Of a stretch of DNA of 60,474 bases, positions 38,530 through 49,533 are shown piece after piece; positions within the stretch are counted from its first letter, which is position 1, and the number at the start of each line of letters is the position of its first letter. This stretch comes from Macrostomum lignano (lineage: Eukaryota): positions 1 to 60,474 of the forward strand of contig NIVC01003299.1 of NCBI GenBank assembly GCA_002269645.1, written 5' to 3'. The notes beneath the pieces were generated by a model that worked only from the letters and a program-made list of their open reading frames with translations, was not told the DNA's origin and did no database searches. The position numbers and the translations under genes are program-made.

Positions 38530-39290
38530 TCATTCCTGTCACTCCTGCTGGTCACTCCTGCCGGTCACTCCTGCTGGTCACTCCTGCTGGTCACTCCTGC
38601 TGGTCACTCCTGCTGGTCACTCCTGCTGGTCACTCCTGCTGGTCACTCCTGCTGCTCACTCCTGCCGGTCACTCCTGCTGGTCACTCCTGCTGGTCACTC
38701 CTGCTGGTCACTCCTGCTGGTCACTCCTGCTGCTCACTCCTGCTGCTCACTCCTGCTGTCACTCCTGCTGGTCACTCCTGCTGGTCACTCCTGCTGCTCA
38801 CTCCTGCTGGTCACTCCTGCTGCTCACTCCTGCTGGTCACTTCTGCTGCTCACTCCTGCTGGTCACTCCTGCTGCTCACTCCTGCTGGTCACTCCTGCTG
38901 CTCACTCCTGCTGCTCACTCCTGCTGGTCACTCCTGCTGGTCACTCCTGCTGGTCACTCCTGCTGGTCACTCCTGCTGGTCACTCCTGCTGCTCACTCCT
39001 GCTGCTCACTCCTGCTGGTCACTCCTGCTGCTCACTCCTGCTGGTCACTCCTGCTGGTCACTCCTGCTGGTCACTCCTGCTGCTCACTCCTGCTGCTCAC
39101 TCCTGCTGGTCACTCCTGCTGCTCACTCCTGCTGGTCACTCCTGCTGGTCACTCCTGCTGGTCACTCCTGCTGGTCACTCCTGCTGGTCACTCCTGCTGC
39201 TCACTCCTGCTGCTCACTCCTGCTGGTCACTCCTGCTGGTCACTACTGCTGATCACTCCTGCTGGTCACTCCTGCTGGTCACTACTGCTG
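38530..39290. repeat. 13-bp minisatellite (GSTCACTCCTGCT)n
   Basis: About 58 copies, two variants. Confidence 0.96.
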
Positions 39291-40442
39291 ATCACTCGAT
39301 GCTTCCTCATTGTCCTCGGTCGGCAGCTTCGGTAGCAGCCGTCAGTCCGCAGCAGTTTTTCATTCGGCTGCACATTGGCCACACAGAATTCGTCCCAATC
39401 GGGCCAGATTATGCGCTTCAGCCTGTCCAGGTAGGGCCCCAGATTCTTGGCTTCCGTCTCCATCACCGCTTTGTGCGGCGGCTTCAAAGGCGAATACCTG
39501 GAATGGTCGAAGGCAGTTTCTTGTGCTAAATAATCTTCATATTCCACCGGTGAAGTGCTGAGTAATGAATCTCAAGAACCTGAGGCCTGGGTTCGATTCT
39601 TTACAGACAAAAGGTTGTGCTGTAAACAGATTAATGAATGATATGGACAATATGATTCAAAACTCTCGGCTTCTGGAGTCAAGAATGTTCTGCAAATGGC
39701 ACGGGGCCAATTGCGATGGCACAGAGTCAGAGTACACCTTGTGTGAGTCCGGTGCGTATATGCGAACGCGCGTACTTTTGCCCTTGGTCAAATCCCTCAC
39801 CAGATCTGCGCCAGGTGCGAGAACACGGCGCAATCGACAACCGTGGGCGCCTCGCCGCCCATCAGGAACTGCTTGTCACCGAGCAGGCCAGACAGAGCCC
39901 GGATGTCGTCGCAGCCCATGGCGTGAATCTCCTCTACTGTGTTCCGGCCGATCCCGTGGCCCTCCAGCCGGGATCTGTAGTTGCGCGGAATTGTCCGGGA
40001 CGCGATGGCGCGCTTCACCGCGCCATTCCCTCCCACATCTCGAAGAAGACGGGAGCTTCCGGACGAGCATCCGGTAGTGGCTGTACGACCACACCAGGTG
40101 GTTGTCCACCATGGCCTCCACCATGCTGGACACGGCCTGCTGCTCGGCAGTCAGGTCGTCCAGCTTGTTGAACTTGGCCGCCAGCTCCTTGATGATGAAG
40201 CTGGACTCGTTGATCTCTCTGCCGTCGACTTCAACGAACGGCACCTGGCCCTTCTTGCTCCAGTGGCTGTAGCTGCGAATGGCCTCGTACTCGATGCCAT
40301 TGAGCCTCAGCCAGGACTCCACCTTCAGAGCGAACGGCGATATTGTTGGGCAGCACCGGACGCTGGGAAAGGTGAACAGGTACACTTTGCCAGGCTTGTA
40401 GTTTGGAATCCTTGGTCCGCTGCTGCTGGTCAGGTTGCCCAT
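39266..40442 (-). CDS. fax/FAXC-like: FAX (failed axon connections)/metaxin/CDR-family GST-fold protein, 2 exons, frameshifted (pseudogene or sequence error)
   Basis: Exons 40442-39801 and 39497-39266 (GT-AG). Motifs ISPFALKVESWLRL, KGQVPFVEVDG..INESSFII, GHGIGR, DCAVFSHLAQ, WPDWDEFC. Reading frame breaks at ~40064 and ~40024 (net 2 nt missing). Confidence 0.88.
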
Positions 40443-41554
40443 TGTTCCTGCTGATCCTGTTGTGAATATTTGCTGAGCGATAGCAACAAGATTGCAAGGC
40501 TATACGAGTATGCGGGTTATTACGGTCCGGTCGGGCCCTTGCTTTATTTCATTCTTCTTTACCTCAAGACCCTCCAATTCCGCAGCAAGCCACCCCATTT
40601 GCATCTCTTTTTTTTCTCGGAGTGTATTTTTGCGACTCAGTCCCTGAGCACGCGTATGCGCAGTGCATTGATATCTAGGCTACAGCAATAGCAAGATAAA
40701 GTAGTCTGCACAACCCCCCCTCTCTCATAAGCTGGCGGGTGCTTGCGGTCGTAAATCGTTGAATAGTTGGTGACAATCTGTGGAGTTCTATGGAGTACTG
40801 AGACTCAGCATCTGGAGTGGAGTATGATGGCCAAGTCGTGGAGTCCTCAGACTTACAATATGGAAAGCTTTGGAAACGCCATTGTTTGTACACAAATTCT
40901 GGCTGTCAGGGCTAAATTTCTTTATCAAATTTCCTTTGCAAACTCTTCTGTCATGATATGCTCGTCATGCACTGCCCCTCATGTAAATCGTAATCCACGG
41001 CCTTAATTGTTCCGAGCTTGGTTTTATCGCAACTGCTAACTAGAATAAATGCTTGATTTCTCAACGCGTTGACCTATGATAAAAAGCAGAATTCACTTGT
41101 TGTTTATCAGCTAGGTGGTGAATATTATTTGGTCTGACATTTGAATTTACATTATATTACACGTGAGGGCGTTTATGTCAGAGCCGTTCAGGCGCGAATT
41201 CAAAGTTTGATACATTTACGAGTTTTTTTGAGATTTGCTTTTTCCCACCAGATTTTCTTGTCATGATCGATTTTCTTATGATACGAGCGTAGTTCGAGAC
41301 AAACATTTCTTGCAGAGTAAATTTTTGAATGAAAGTTTTTTTCAGTTCTGTATAAATAAAAATTGCGCTTTTCTCGATATCCGAATGAAAACTTGAGTTT
41401 ATACGCGCAATTGAACAACAGCGATAGAATTCACCACATGACACGTACAGTACATGTATCAATAGCTGCACTTATTTTCTGAGGAACATGATGTGTTTTT
41501 CCTGACGGAGCATTTTCTCCAGCAATCAACGGAGACCAGAGGTGCTTTGTCCCC

Positions 41555-41800
41555 TAATAATAATGATAATAATTGATTACACCAATGGGCAGATGTGCAA
41601 CCGACAGCTCAGTCGCAGCTATTGCGTGGCGCATCTGAAGGCTGCGTACGTCTGTTCAGTCTGAGGACTCGGGGGGTCGCCATACACACCCTCACTTGCT
41701 TAAGGACCACAAATTGTTCCAGTGAGATCGGGAATCGAACCTCCGACCTTCAAATCGTGAGTCCGTCGCTCTAACCACTTGTCTGCGAGCTACAAGCCCC
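41555..41800 (-). mobile_element. tRNA-derived SINE, copy 2 (same head and tail as 2944-3156, different middle)
   Basis: A box TAGCTCGCAGACAAGTGG (with insertion), B box GGTTCGATTCCC, GTGGTCCTTAAGCAAGT, shared tail GATGCGCC..CAATAGCT..GTTGCACATCTGCCCA..GTAATCAATTATTA. Confidence 0.78.
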
Positions 41801-42149
41801 TCAACAGAAGATGGAGATCACACTTCAAAGTACAGTATTCTGCACTTTCACTTCTATTCTGCCTTTGTTTTTTGGTATTCATTCCTGGACAGGATGGTTG
41901 CCTCATAGACAGCGCTTCGCTTTTGAAAAGTCTCGCACGCAGGAAAGTCTCTGCAAGTAGGGAACCCTTTATTCTTGTGAATAAATGAACTCGGTTGTTA
42001 TTTTTTGATAGTATTCTTTAATAGTGTCTATCTTTAAACAATTTTTGAGTAGCCTGTCATATATATTTTCCTTCATTCCCCCAAGTTGACTGGCGGGGGC
42101 GCAGGGCGCGCATTAGCAGTTGAGGCAGTCCGGCTCTAGTTGCAGGCAG

Positions 42150-42659
42150 TCAGCCGAGGGTCTTGATGTACACTCGGCACCGCTTCACCTGCACCTTCAG
42201 GCGCTGATAGGCCCGCAGGCCGTAACAGTTGACCCCGGTATCAACGAACGCGGTCTCGTCGTCATTCCTGAAGCTATCGTCCTTGGAGCAGGCCAGGGAG
42301 CTCGGAAGAAACTGCTTGGGATAGACGTCGTTGCACACCTGCTGGCGGAAGCAGGGCGCGCCAGGCAGGCACCTGTCTCCGTTGCCCATGCTAAAAACCT
42401 TCTCATCGCGGAAGTTGCACGGCAGACTGGCACTGTTGACAGCGTCGCTTCGATTGCCGATCGGATCCTGGTAGTCGCCGTCGAACGGGCTGACGACGGT
42501 CCAGATGAGGTTCCCGTTGAACCAGTCTTGGGTCTTGGCTTTGGGCAGGCGTCTGGCGCAGTGGTGCCTCAGCCGGGCCGCGAAGTCCCATTCGCCTATG
42601 GACAGGGCGACGGACGAGGTGACAAGAACAAAGATGGTCAGGAGGCGCAGCGACACCAT
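42150..42659 (-). CDS. Secreted Cys-rich orphan protein (169 aa, 8 Cys)
   Basis: ATG start, signal peptide MVSLRLLTIFVLVTSSVALS, GC3-rich codon usage like neighbouring genes, no recognised domain. Confidence 0.75.
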   Translation of the reverse strand: MVSLRLLTIFVLVTSSVALSIGEWDFAARLRHHCARRLPKAKTQDWFNGNLIWTVVSPFDGDYQDPIGNRSDAVNSASLPCNFRDEKVFSMGNGDRCLPGAPCFRQQVCNDVYPKQFLPSSLACSKDDSFRNDDETAFVDTGVNCYGLRAYQRLKVQVKRCRVYIKTLG

Positions 42660-42809
42660 TTTATTAGCAAGAGCAGTCGGTAACTCGTAATATCCTTTGC
42701 TTGGCTCTCCAAAGCACTGAATGGATGTCGAACTGCTTTTGGCGCACCAGCTGGGGACTCTCTAGCGCGAAATTCCTTTTATACTGTCTGCACTGGTTAA
42801 TCCTTTCCC

Positions 42810-43050
42810 AGCACTATTGGCTTTGAGATTATTAAAAATTCGATTCCAATGCTCCCCATCTCGACTGAGTCGAATAATTCGCCCCCGCGCTAGAGCTATT
42901 CTCGACTTCGTCTGCGATCTGCTGAGGTACCGAGACACCGCTGTGCAACTGGAAACCTTGGCAAACCCGGCTGGGACCAAATTGCTCTGGGTTGGAACCA
43001 AACACGGAATCTCTCCCATCGCTCGAATTCCTCCTGAAGTCTAGCGATGC
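42810..43050 (-). mobile_element. Possible degraded hAT transposase C-terminal dimerization fragment
   Basis: Across frames W..PGLPRFPVAQRCLGTSA / SRYLS...ARGRIIRLSR..EH.NR...LKAN resembles the hATC consensus; weak match. Confidence 0.4.
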
Positions 43051-44630
43051 CGCCGGCTCCTTGCCAGGTTTCCGCCTTCCAAATCAACGTAGGCGTTGGA
43101 TATTGTATCACTACGCGGATTCTACCTGCTTCCTAATTGAAATACGCGGATTTCCGTATGGAGTCTTCCCAGTGTGGAATGTCTTGAGGAAATTCCATGT
43201 TTGCGGAGGCGGAGAATCCTTCAGTTGAGATGCAACGCAGCACTGCATCCCAATTTAATGTGTCTCGACACAGCAATGTCATGCTTTCTTGTTACTTGTG
43301 AGGGGCGTTGGAGTTAAAATTACGAAGTGATCTTTTGATATTTTTGGGAAAATCCTTCTTTATGACATGGTAATCTTGATAATTTCTCTTCTTGTCTCAC
43401 TATATCGATTAAAAAATACCACTAATAAAATCTTATTTATTAATTTGAATATCACCAACCTAATTGTAATGCGAATGTTTGCATTTGTGGCATACTCGTA
43501 TAACGCATGGCAATGACTGGTAATATAGTATTGGCGTTAAACGAAAATTTTACTTTACTTCAGGCTGTTCACCTACTGGCTAAGATAGAATTCAGAAGGA
43601 AGAGATTTTAACGCATGTCTCCACACTCGTGATGAATTTGTCATTTGGCAGGAGCAAGATGGCAACATCATCATCACCAACACTCATCAATTAGCTTGGA
43701 TTACATAAGACTCAGTGTACGAGATCATGAACTATAGTTTGCTTTCTATCCCTAATATTTTAGAAGTCCACAGAGCATAGACAAGTTAAGTGCACATGCA
43801 GCTCCAGATGTCCATTTTTTTATTTTTCTTACACCTTAATGTAACTATGTTGTTATACCCAATGCGGAAACGATTCCTTCCTTATTTCCTCATGATCCTT
43901 CCGTTGTCCTCTGCAGCAGTCTCGGCAGCAGCCGCCGAATTCTCCCACGGATGACCAGTGGGTAGGAGACCGCCAAGAGTCTACATGCGTCTTCTGGAAA
44001 AAAAACTCGGGGGCTTATTGGGCATTATTTAGCAAATCTTTGATTTTATATTTGAGCAAATAGAATACATAATATAAGCTACATTTATTTTTTCTTTCTC
44101 TTTTCTTTTTTCAAAAGGCTTATTCATTAATAAACAATTAGTGTTAATGCATATTATTATACAAATAATTTTTACATATTATTAAATCAAGGACCACTAC
44201 TACTGTGGACACACGAATCCACTAAAAGTATTGAAGTATTGAATCCACGAAAAGAAATGAAAATTAGCAGATTCTTTAGTTTCTGGACTCTTATCACTTA
44301 ACTTTCAAAAAAACTTATTGAGTTGGTGGTTTATTTTTAATTAGTGTTTCCGATTTCTAAGCAACATAACAAAAAAACGGCTGTTGTTTTTGAGATTGCA
44401 AGCAATAATACTAAAAAATGCAACCTGCGAAAACAGTATACATTTAAAAAAAGTAAATTTAAAATTATATTTATATTTTGGCTGGGGGTGTGTCCGCTTC
44501 CTACTAAAAGTTCAGTGTGCTGTTTTTTCACTGACCTTCCATTGATACTGGTTTGTCAAACTGAGTAATTGCTTTGTTTGCGTTATTATTATCAATTATC
44601 ATTATTTGTAAACAATAAAGATATACGGAA

Positions 44631-44797
44631 ATGAGCTCACCAATCGATACCAACTGTATGACGCTCACAAGGTTCATCCTTGAAGAGCAAAAGAAGCACA
44701 AGTCTGCTTCTGGTGACTTCACCAATATTATGACTGCCATCTGCACTGCTGTTAAGGCTGTTTCATCGGCAGTTCGTCGTGCTGGAATGAATTCCAT
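44631..44797 (+). CDS. FBP1/fbp: Fructose-1,6-bisphosphatase class I, first coding exon only (rest not in window)
   Basis: MSSPIDTNCMTLTRFILEEQKKHKSASGDFTNIMTAICTAVKAVSSAVRRAGMNS(M) followed by donor GTAAGG at 44798, phase 2. Aligns to the FBPase N-terminus TLTRFVMEE...CTAVKAISSAVRKAG. Confidence 0.93.
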
Positions 44798-45914
44798 GTA
44801 AGGCCAATCAATGTCTGTCATTTTTTACACAAGTCAGAATGCATCTAGGTTTTCTTCAATCAACTAACAATACTATTGTCTGTCATTAACTAGATTGAAG
44901 GTGTGCCACCTTAGCAGGTCGAAGTGCATTAATTGCTCAATATTTCGAAATTATTTTTGATTTCTTTGAGTACAGTTTTGCAACACATAAAACCCTAAAA
45001 ATGTTAAACTATTGTAAACTACTTAGATGCTACGTATTTTAGTTACATATGTCCTATGTGACTAATTAATTATAATTTACCATTCATTAATTTTTTAATC
45101 ACAAAGTTCTATTAAATAGACTCAAAAAATCAAACTGAGACACATGAATTAACATCATATACTAAGGTCCAAGAAATAATACTCATAATAAATATCTTGG
45201 ACATTTGGACTTACGAAAAATAATCTTGCAATTAACAACGAAATTAGTTAAAAAAAATTTTCGCCGCTCCGATTCTGTTCACTGTAATTTGAAATGAGAT
45301 TTTCCTAGAAATTCAGCATTTCAAATGTACAGTTTAACGCCCACAGGTACGTGAAACCACCGGATGCGACTTTGCAGTGAAATGCTTTGCCATTTGATAC
45401 AAGTTACCCAACATTAGGTAGCCTGATCATTTAGCTAAATCCATAATTAGGCACAGCAGCTTTCAAAACTCCGAAAAAACGAATTAATCAATAAATATGT
45501 AAACTATTATATGAGAAAAATACTGCCGTGTCTAAAACAAAAAGCGTCGAGCATTTAACTAACCTCACACAGTGCAATGAGAATTAAAAACAAAGATATT
45601 TTTATGGAAACTTTACACCATTTTTTACACTGTAAATTTTTTTACACTGTGAAAGGTTAATCAATGCTACTCACACTTTTAGGGACTTTCACTGCACATT
45701 TTGTGGGCGGTGCTGCGCGCAATAATAGTTTCGCAAATTTGTATCAAAACCGCCAAACGGCAAACATGCGCGCAGTACCCACTCAATAGAGTGTTCGTTT
45801 TTGGAAAGAATATTTAAATTGTAACTCGAGCAGACATTAGCTTTTTAAGTGCTTTGCTTATGAGAATTCAGCAGCCACTGCAACGCAAATTACGCAATTT
45901 ATCGTAAATAATTG

Positions 45915-48900
45915 GATGGTTGTTGACTGGACGTATGGTTGTGACTGGATTGTTGCTGACTGGATGGTTGCTGACTGGATGGACGGTTGCTGACTGGATG
46001 GTTGCTGACTGGACGTATGGTTGTGACTGGATTGTTGCTGACTGGAATGGTTGCTGACTGGACGGATGGTTGCTGACTGGATGGTTGCTGACTGGACGTA
46101 TGGTTGTGACTGGATTGTTGCTGACTGGATGGTTGCTAACTGGATGGACGGTTGCTCACTGGATGGCTGCTGACTCGATGGCTGCTGACTAGATGGCTGC
46201 TGACTGGATGGTTGCTGACTGGATGTATGGTTGTGACTGGATTGTTGCTGACTGGATTGTTGCTGACTGGATGGACTGTTGTTGACTGGATGGTTGCTGA
46301 CTGGATGGATGTTTGCTGACTGGATGGTTGCTGACTGGATGGTTGCTGACTGGATGGTCGCTGACTGGATGGTTGTTGACTGGATGGGTGCTGACTGGAT
46401 GGATGGTTGCTGACTGGATGGATGTTTGCTGACTGGATGGCTGCTGACAGGATGGCTGCTGACTGGATGGTTGCTGACTGGACGGTTGCTGACTCGATGG
46501 ATGGTTGCTGACTAGATGGTTGCTGCCTGGATGGTTTCCGACTGGATGGATGTTTGCTGACTGGATGGTTGCTGACTGGACGGATGGTTGTGACTGGATT
46601 GTTGCTGACTGGATGGACGGTTGCTGACTGGATGGTTGCTGACTGGATGGTTGCTGACTGGATTGTTCCTGACTGGATTGTTGCTGACTGGACGGACGGT
46701 TGCTGACTGGATGGTTGCTGACTGGATGTATGGTTGTGACTGGATTGTTGCTGACTGGATTGTTGCTGACTGGATGGACGGTTGCTGACTGGATGGTTGC
46801 TGACTGGATGTATGGTTGTGACTGGATTGTTGCTGACTGGATGGATGGTTGCTGACTGGATGGACTGTTGTTGACTGGATGGTTGCTGACTGGATGGATG
46901 TTTGCTGACTGGATGGTTGCTGACTGGATGGTTGCTGACTGGATGGTTGCTGACTGGATGGTCGCTGACTGGATGGTTGTTGACTGGATGGTTGCTGACT
47001 GGATGGACGGTTGTTGACTGGATGGTTGCTGACTGGATGGATGATTGCTGACTGGATGGTTGCTGACTGGACGGTTGCTGACTGGATGGATGGTTGCTGA
47101 CTGGATAGTTGCTGACTGGATGGACGGTTGCTGACTGGATTGTTGCTGACTGGATTGTTGCTGACTGGATGGACGGTTGCTGACTGGATGGTTGCTGACT
47201 GGATGTATGGTTGTGACTGGATTGTTGCTGACTGGATTGTTGCTGACTGGATTGTTGCTGACTGGATGATTGGTTGCTGACTTGATGGACTGTTGTTGAC
47301 TGGATGGTTGCTGACTGGATGGATGTTTGCTGACTGGATGGTTGCTGACTGGATGGTTGCTGACTGGATGGTCGCTGACTGGATGGTTGTTGACTGGATG
47401 GGTGCTGACTGGATGGACGGTTGCTGACTGGATGGCTGCTGACTGGATGGCTGCTGACAGGATGGCTGCTGACTGGATGGTTGCTGACTGGACGGATGGT
47501 TGCTGACTGGATGGTTGCTGACTGGATGTATGGTTGTGACTGGATTGTTGCTGACTGGATGGATGGTTGCTGACTGGATGGACTGTTGTTGACTGGATGG
47601 TTGCTGACTGGATGGATGTTTGCTGACTGGATGGACTGTTGTTGACTGGATGGTTGCTGACTGGATGGTTGCTGACTGGATGGTCGCTGACTGGATGGTT
47701 GTTGACTGGACGGTTGCTGACTGGATGGATGGTTGCTGACTGGATAGTTGCTGACTGGATGGACGGTTGCTGACTGGATTGTTGCTGACTGGATTGTTGC
47801 TGACTGGATGGACGGTTGCTGACTGGATGGTTGCTGACTGGATGTATGGTTGTGACTGGATTGTTGCTGACTGGATTGTTGCTGACTGGATTGTTGCTGA
47901 CTGGATGATTGGTTGCTGACTTGATGGACTGTTGTTGACTGGATGGTTGCTGACTGGATGGATGTTTGCTGACTGGATGGTTGCTGACTGGATGGTTGCT
48001 GACTGGATGGTCGATGACTGGATGGTTGTTGAATGGATGGGTGCTGACTGGATGGACGGTTGCTGACTGGATGGCTGCTGACTGGATGGCTGCTGACAGG
48101 ATGGCTGCTGACTGGATGGTTGCTGACTGGACGGATGGTTGCTGACTGGATGGTTGCTGACTGGATGTATGGTTGTGACTGGATTGTTGCTGACTGGATG
48201 GATGGTTGCTGACTGGATGGACTGTTGTTGACTGGATGGTTGCTGACTGGATGGATGTTTGCTGACTGGATGGACTGTTGTTGACTGGATGGTTGCTGAC
48301 TGGATGGTTGCTGACTGGATGGTCGCTGACTGGATGGTTGTTGACTGGATGGGTGCTGACTGGATGGACGGTTGCTGACTGGATGGCTGCTGACTGGATG
48401 GCTGCTGACAGGATGGCTGCTGACTGGATGGTTGCTGACTGGACGGATGGTTGCTGACTGGATGGTTGCTGACTGGATGGTTGCTGACTGGATTGTTGCT
48501 GACTGGATGGATGGTTGCTGGACGAATGGTTGCTGACTGGATGGTTGCTGACTGGATGGTTGCTGACTGGATGGTTGCTGAATGGATGGATGGTTGCTGA
48601 CTGGATGGTTGCTGACTGGATGGTTGCTGACTGGACGTATGGTTGTGACTGGATGGTTGCCGACTGGATGGTCGCTGACTGGACGGATGATTGCTGACTG
48701 GACGGATGGTTGCTGACTGGACGGATGGTTGCTGACTGGATGACTGCTGACTGGATGGTTGTGACTGGATGGTTGCTGACTGGATGATTGCTGACTGGAT
48801 TGTTGCTGACTGGATGGACGGTTGCTGACTGGATGGCTGCTGACTGGACGGATGCTGACTGGATGGTTGCTGACTGGATGGTTGCTGACTGGATGGATGC

Positions 48901-49505
48901 TGACTGGACGAATGGTTGCTGACTGGATGGATGTTTGCTGACTGGATGGTTGCTGACTGGATTGTTGCTGACTGGATGGATGGTTGCTGGACGAATGGTT
49001 GCTGACTGGATGGTTGCTGACTGGATGGTTGCTGACTGGATGGTTGCTGAATGGATGGATGGTTGCTGACTGGATGGTTGCTGACTGGATGGTTGCTGAC
49101 TGGACGTATGGTTGTGACTGGATGGTTGCCGACTGGATGGTCGCTGACTGGACGGATGGTTGCTGACTGGACGGATGGTTGCTGACTGGACGGATGGTTG
49201 CTGACTGGATGACTGCTGACTGGATGGTTGTGACTGGATGGTTGCTGACTGGATGATTGCTGACTGGATTGTTGCTGACTGGATGGACGGTTGCTGACTG
49301 GATGGCTGCTGACTGGACGGATGCTGACTGGATGGTTGCTGACTGGATGGTTGCTGACTGGATGGATGCTGACTGGACGAATGGTTGCTGACTGGATGGA
49401 TGTTTGCTGACTGGATGGTTGCTGACTGGATGGTTGCTGACTGGATTGTTGCTGACTGACGGCTGCTGACTGGACGGATGCTGACTGGATGGATAGTTGC
49501 TGACT
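45915..49505. repeat. 3.6-kb 15/19-bp satellite (GACTGGATGGTTGCT)n with higher-order duplications
   Basis: More than 200 copies; begins ~30 nt past the RepHel stop codon. Confidence 0.98.
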
Positions 49506-49533
49506 AAATAGTTGCCGACTTTAGAATAGCAAG

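Noticed and set aside
39570-39600. GGGTTCGATTC B-box-like strings here and at ~22920
   Set aside because: No A box or cloverleaf; at most decayed SINE remnants
45915-49505. TGCTGAC (MAF half-site) in nearly every satellite unit
   Set aside because: Short motif likely to arise by chance; nothing in the sequence supports function
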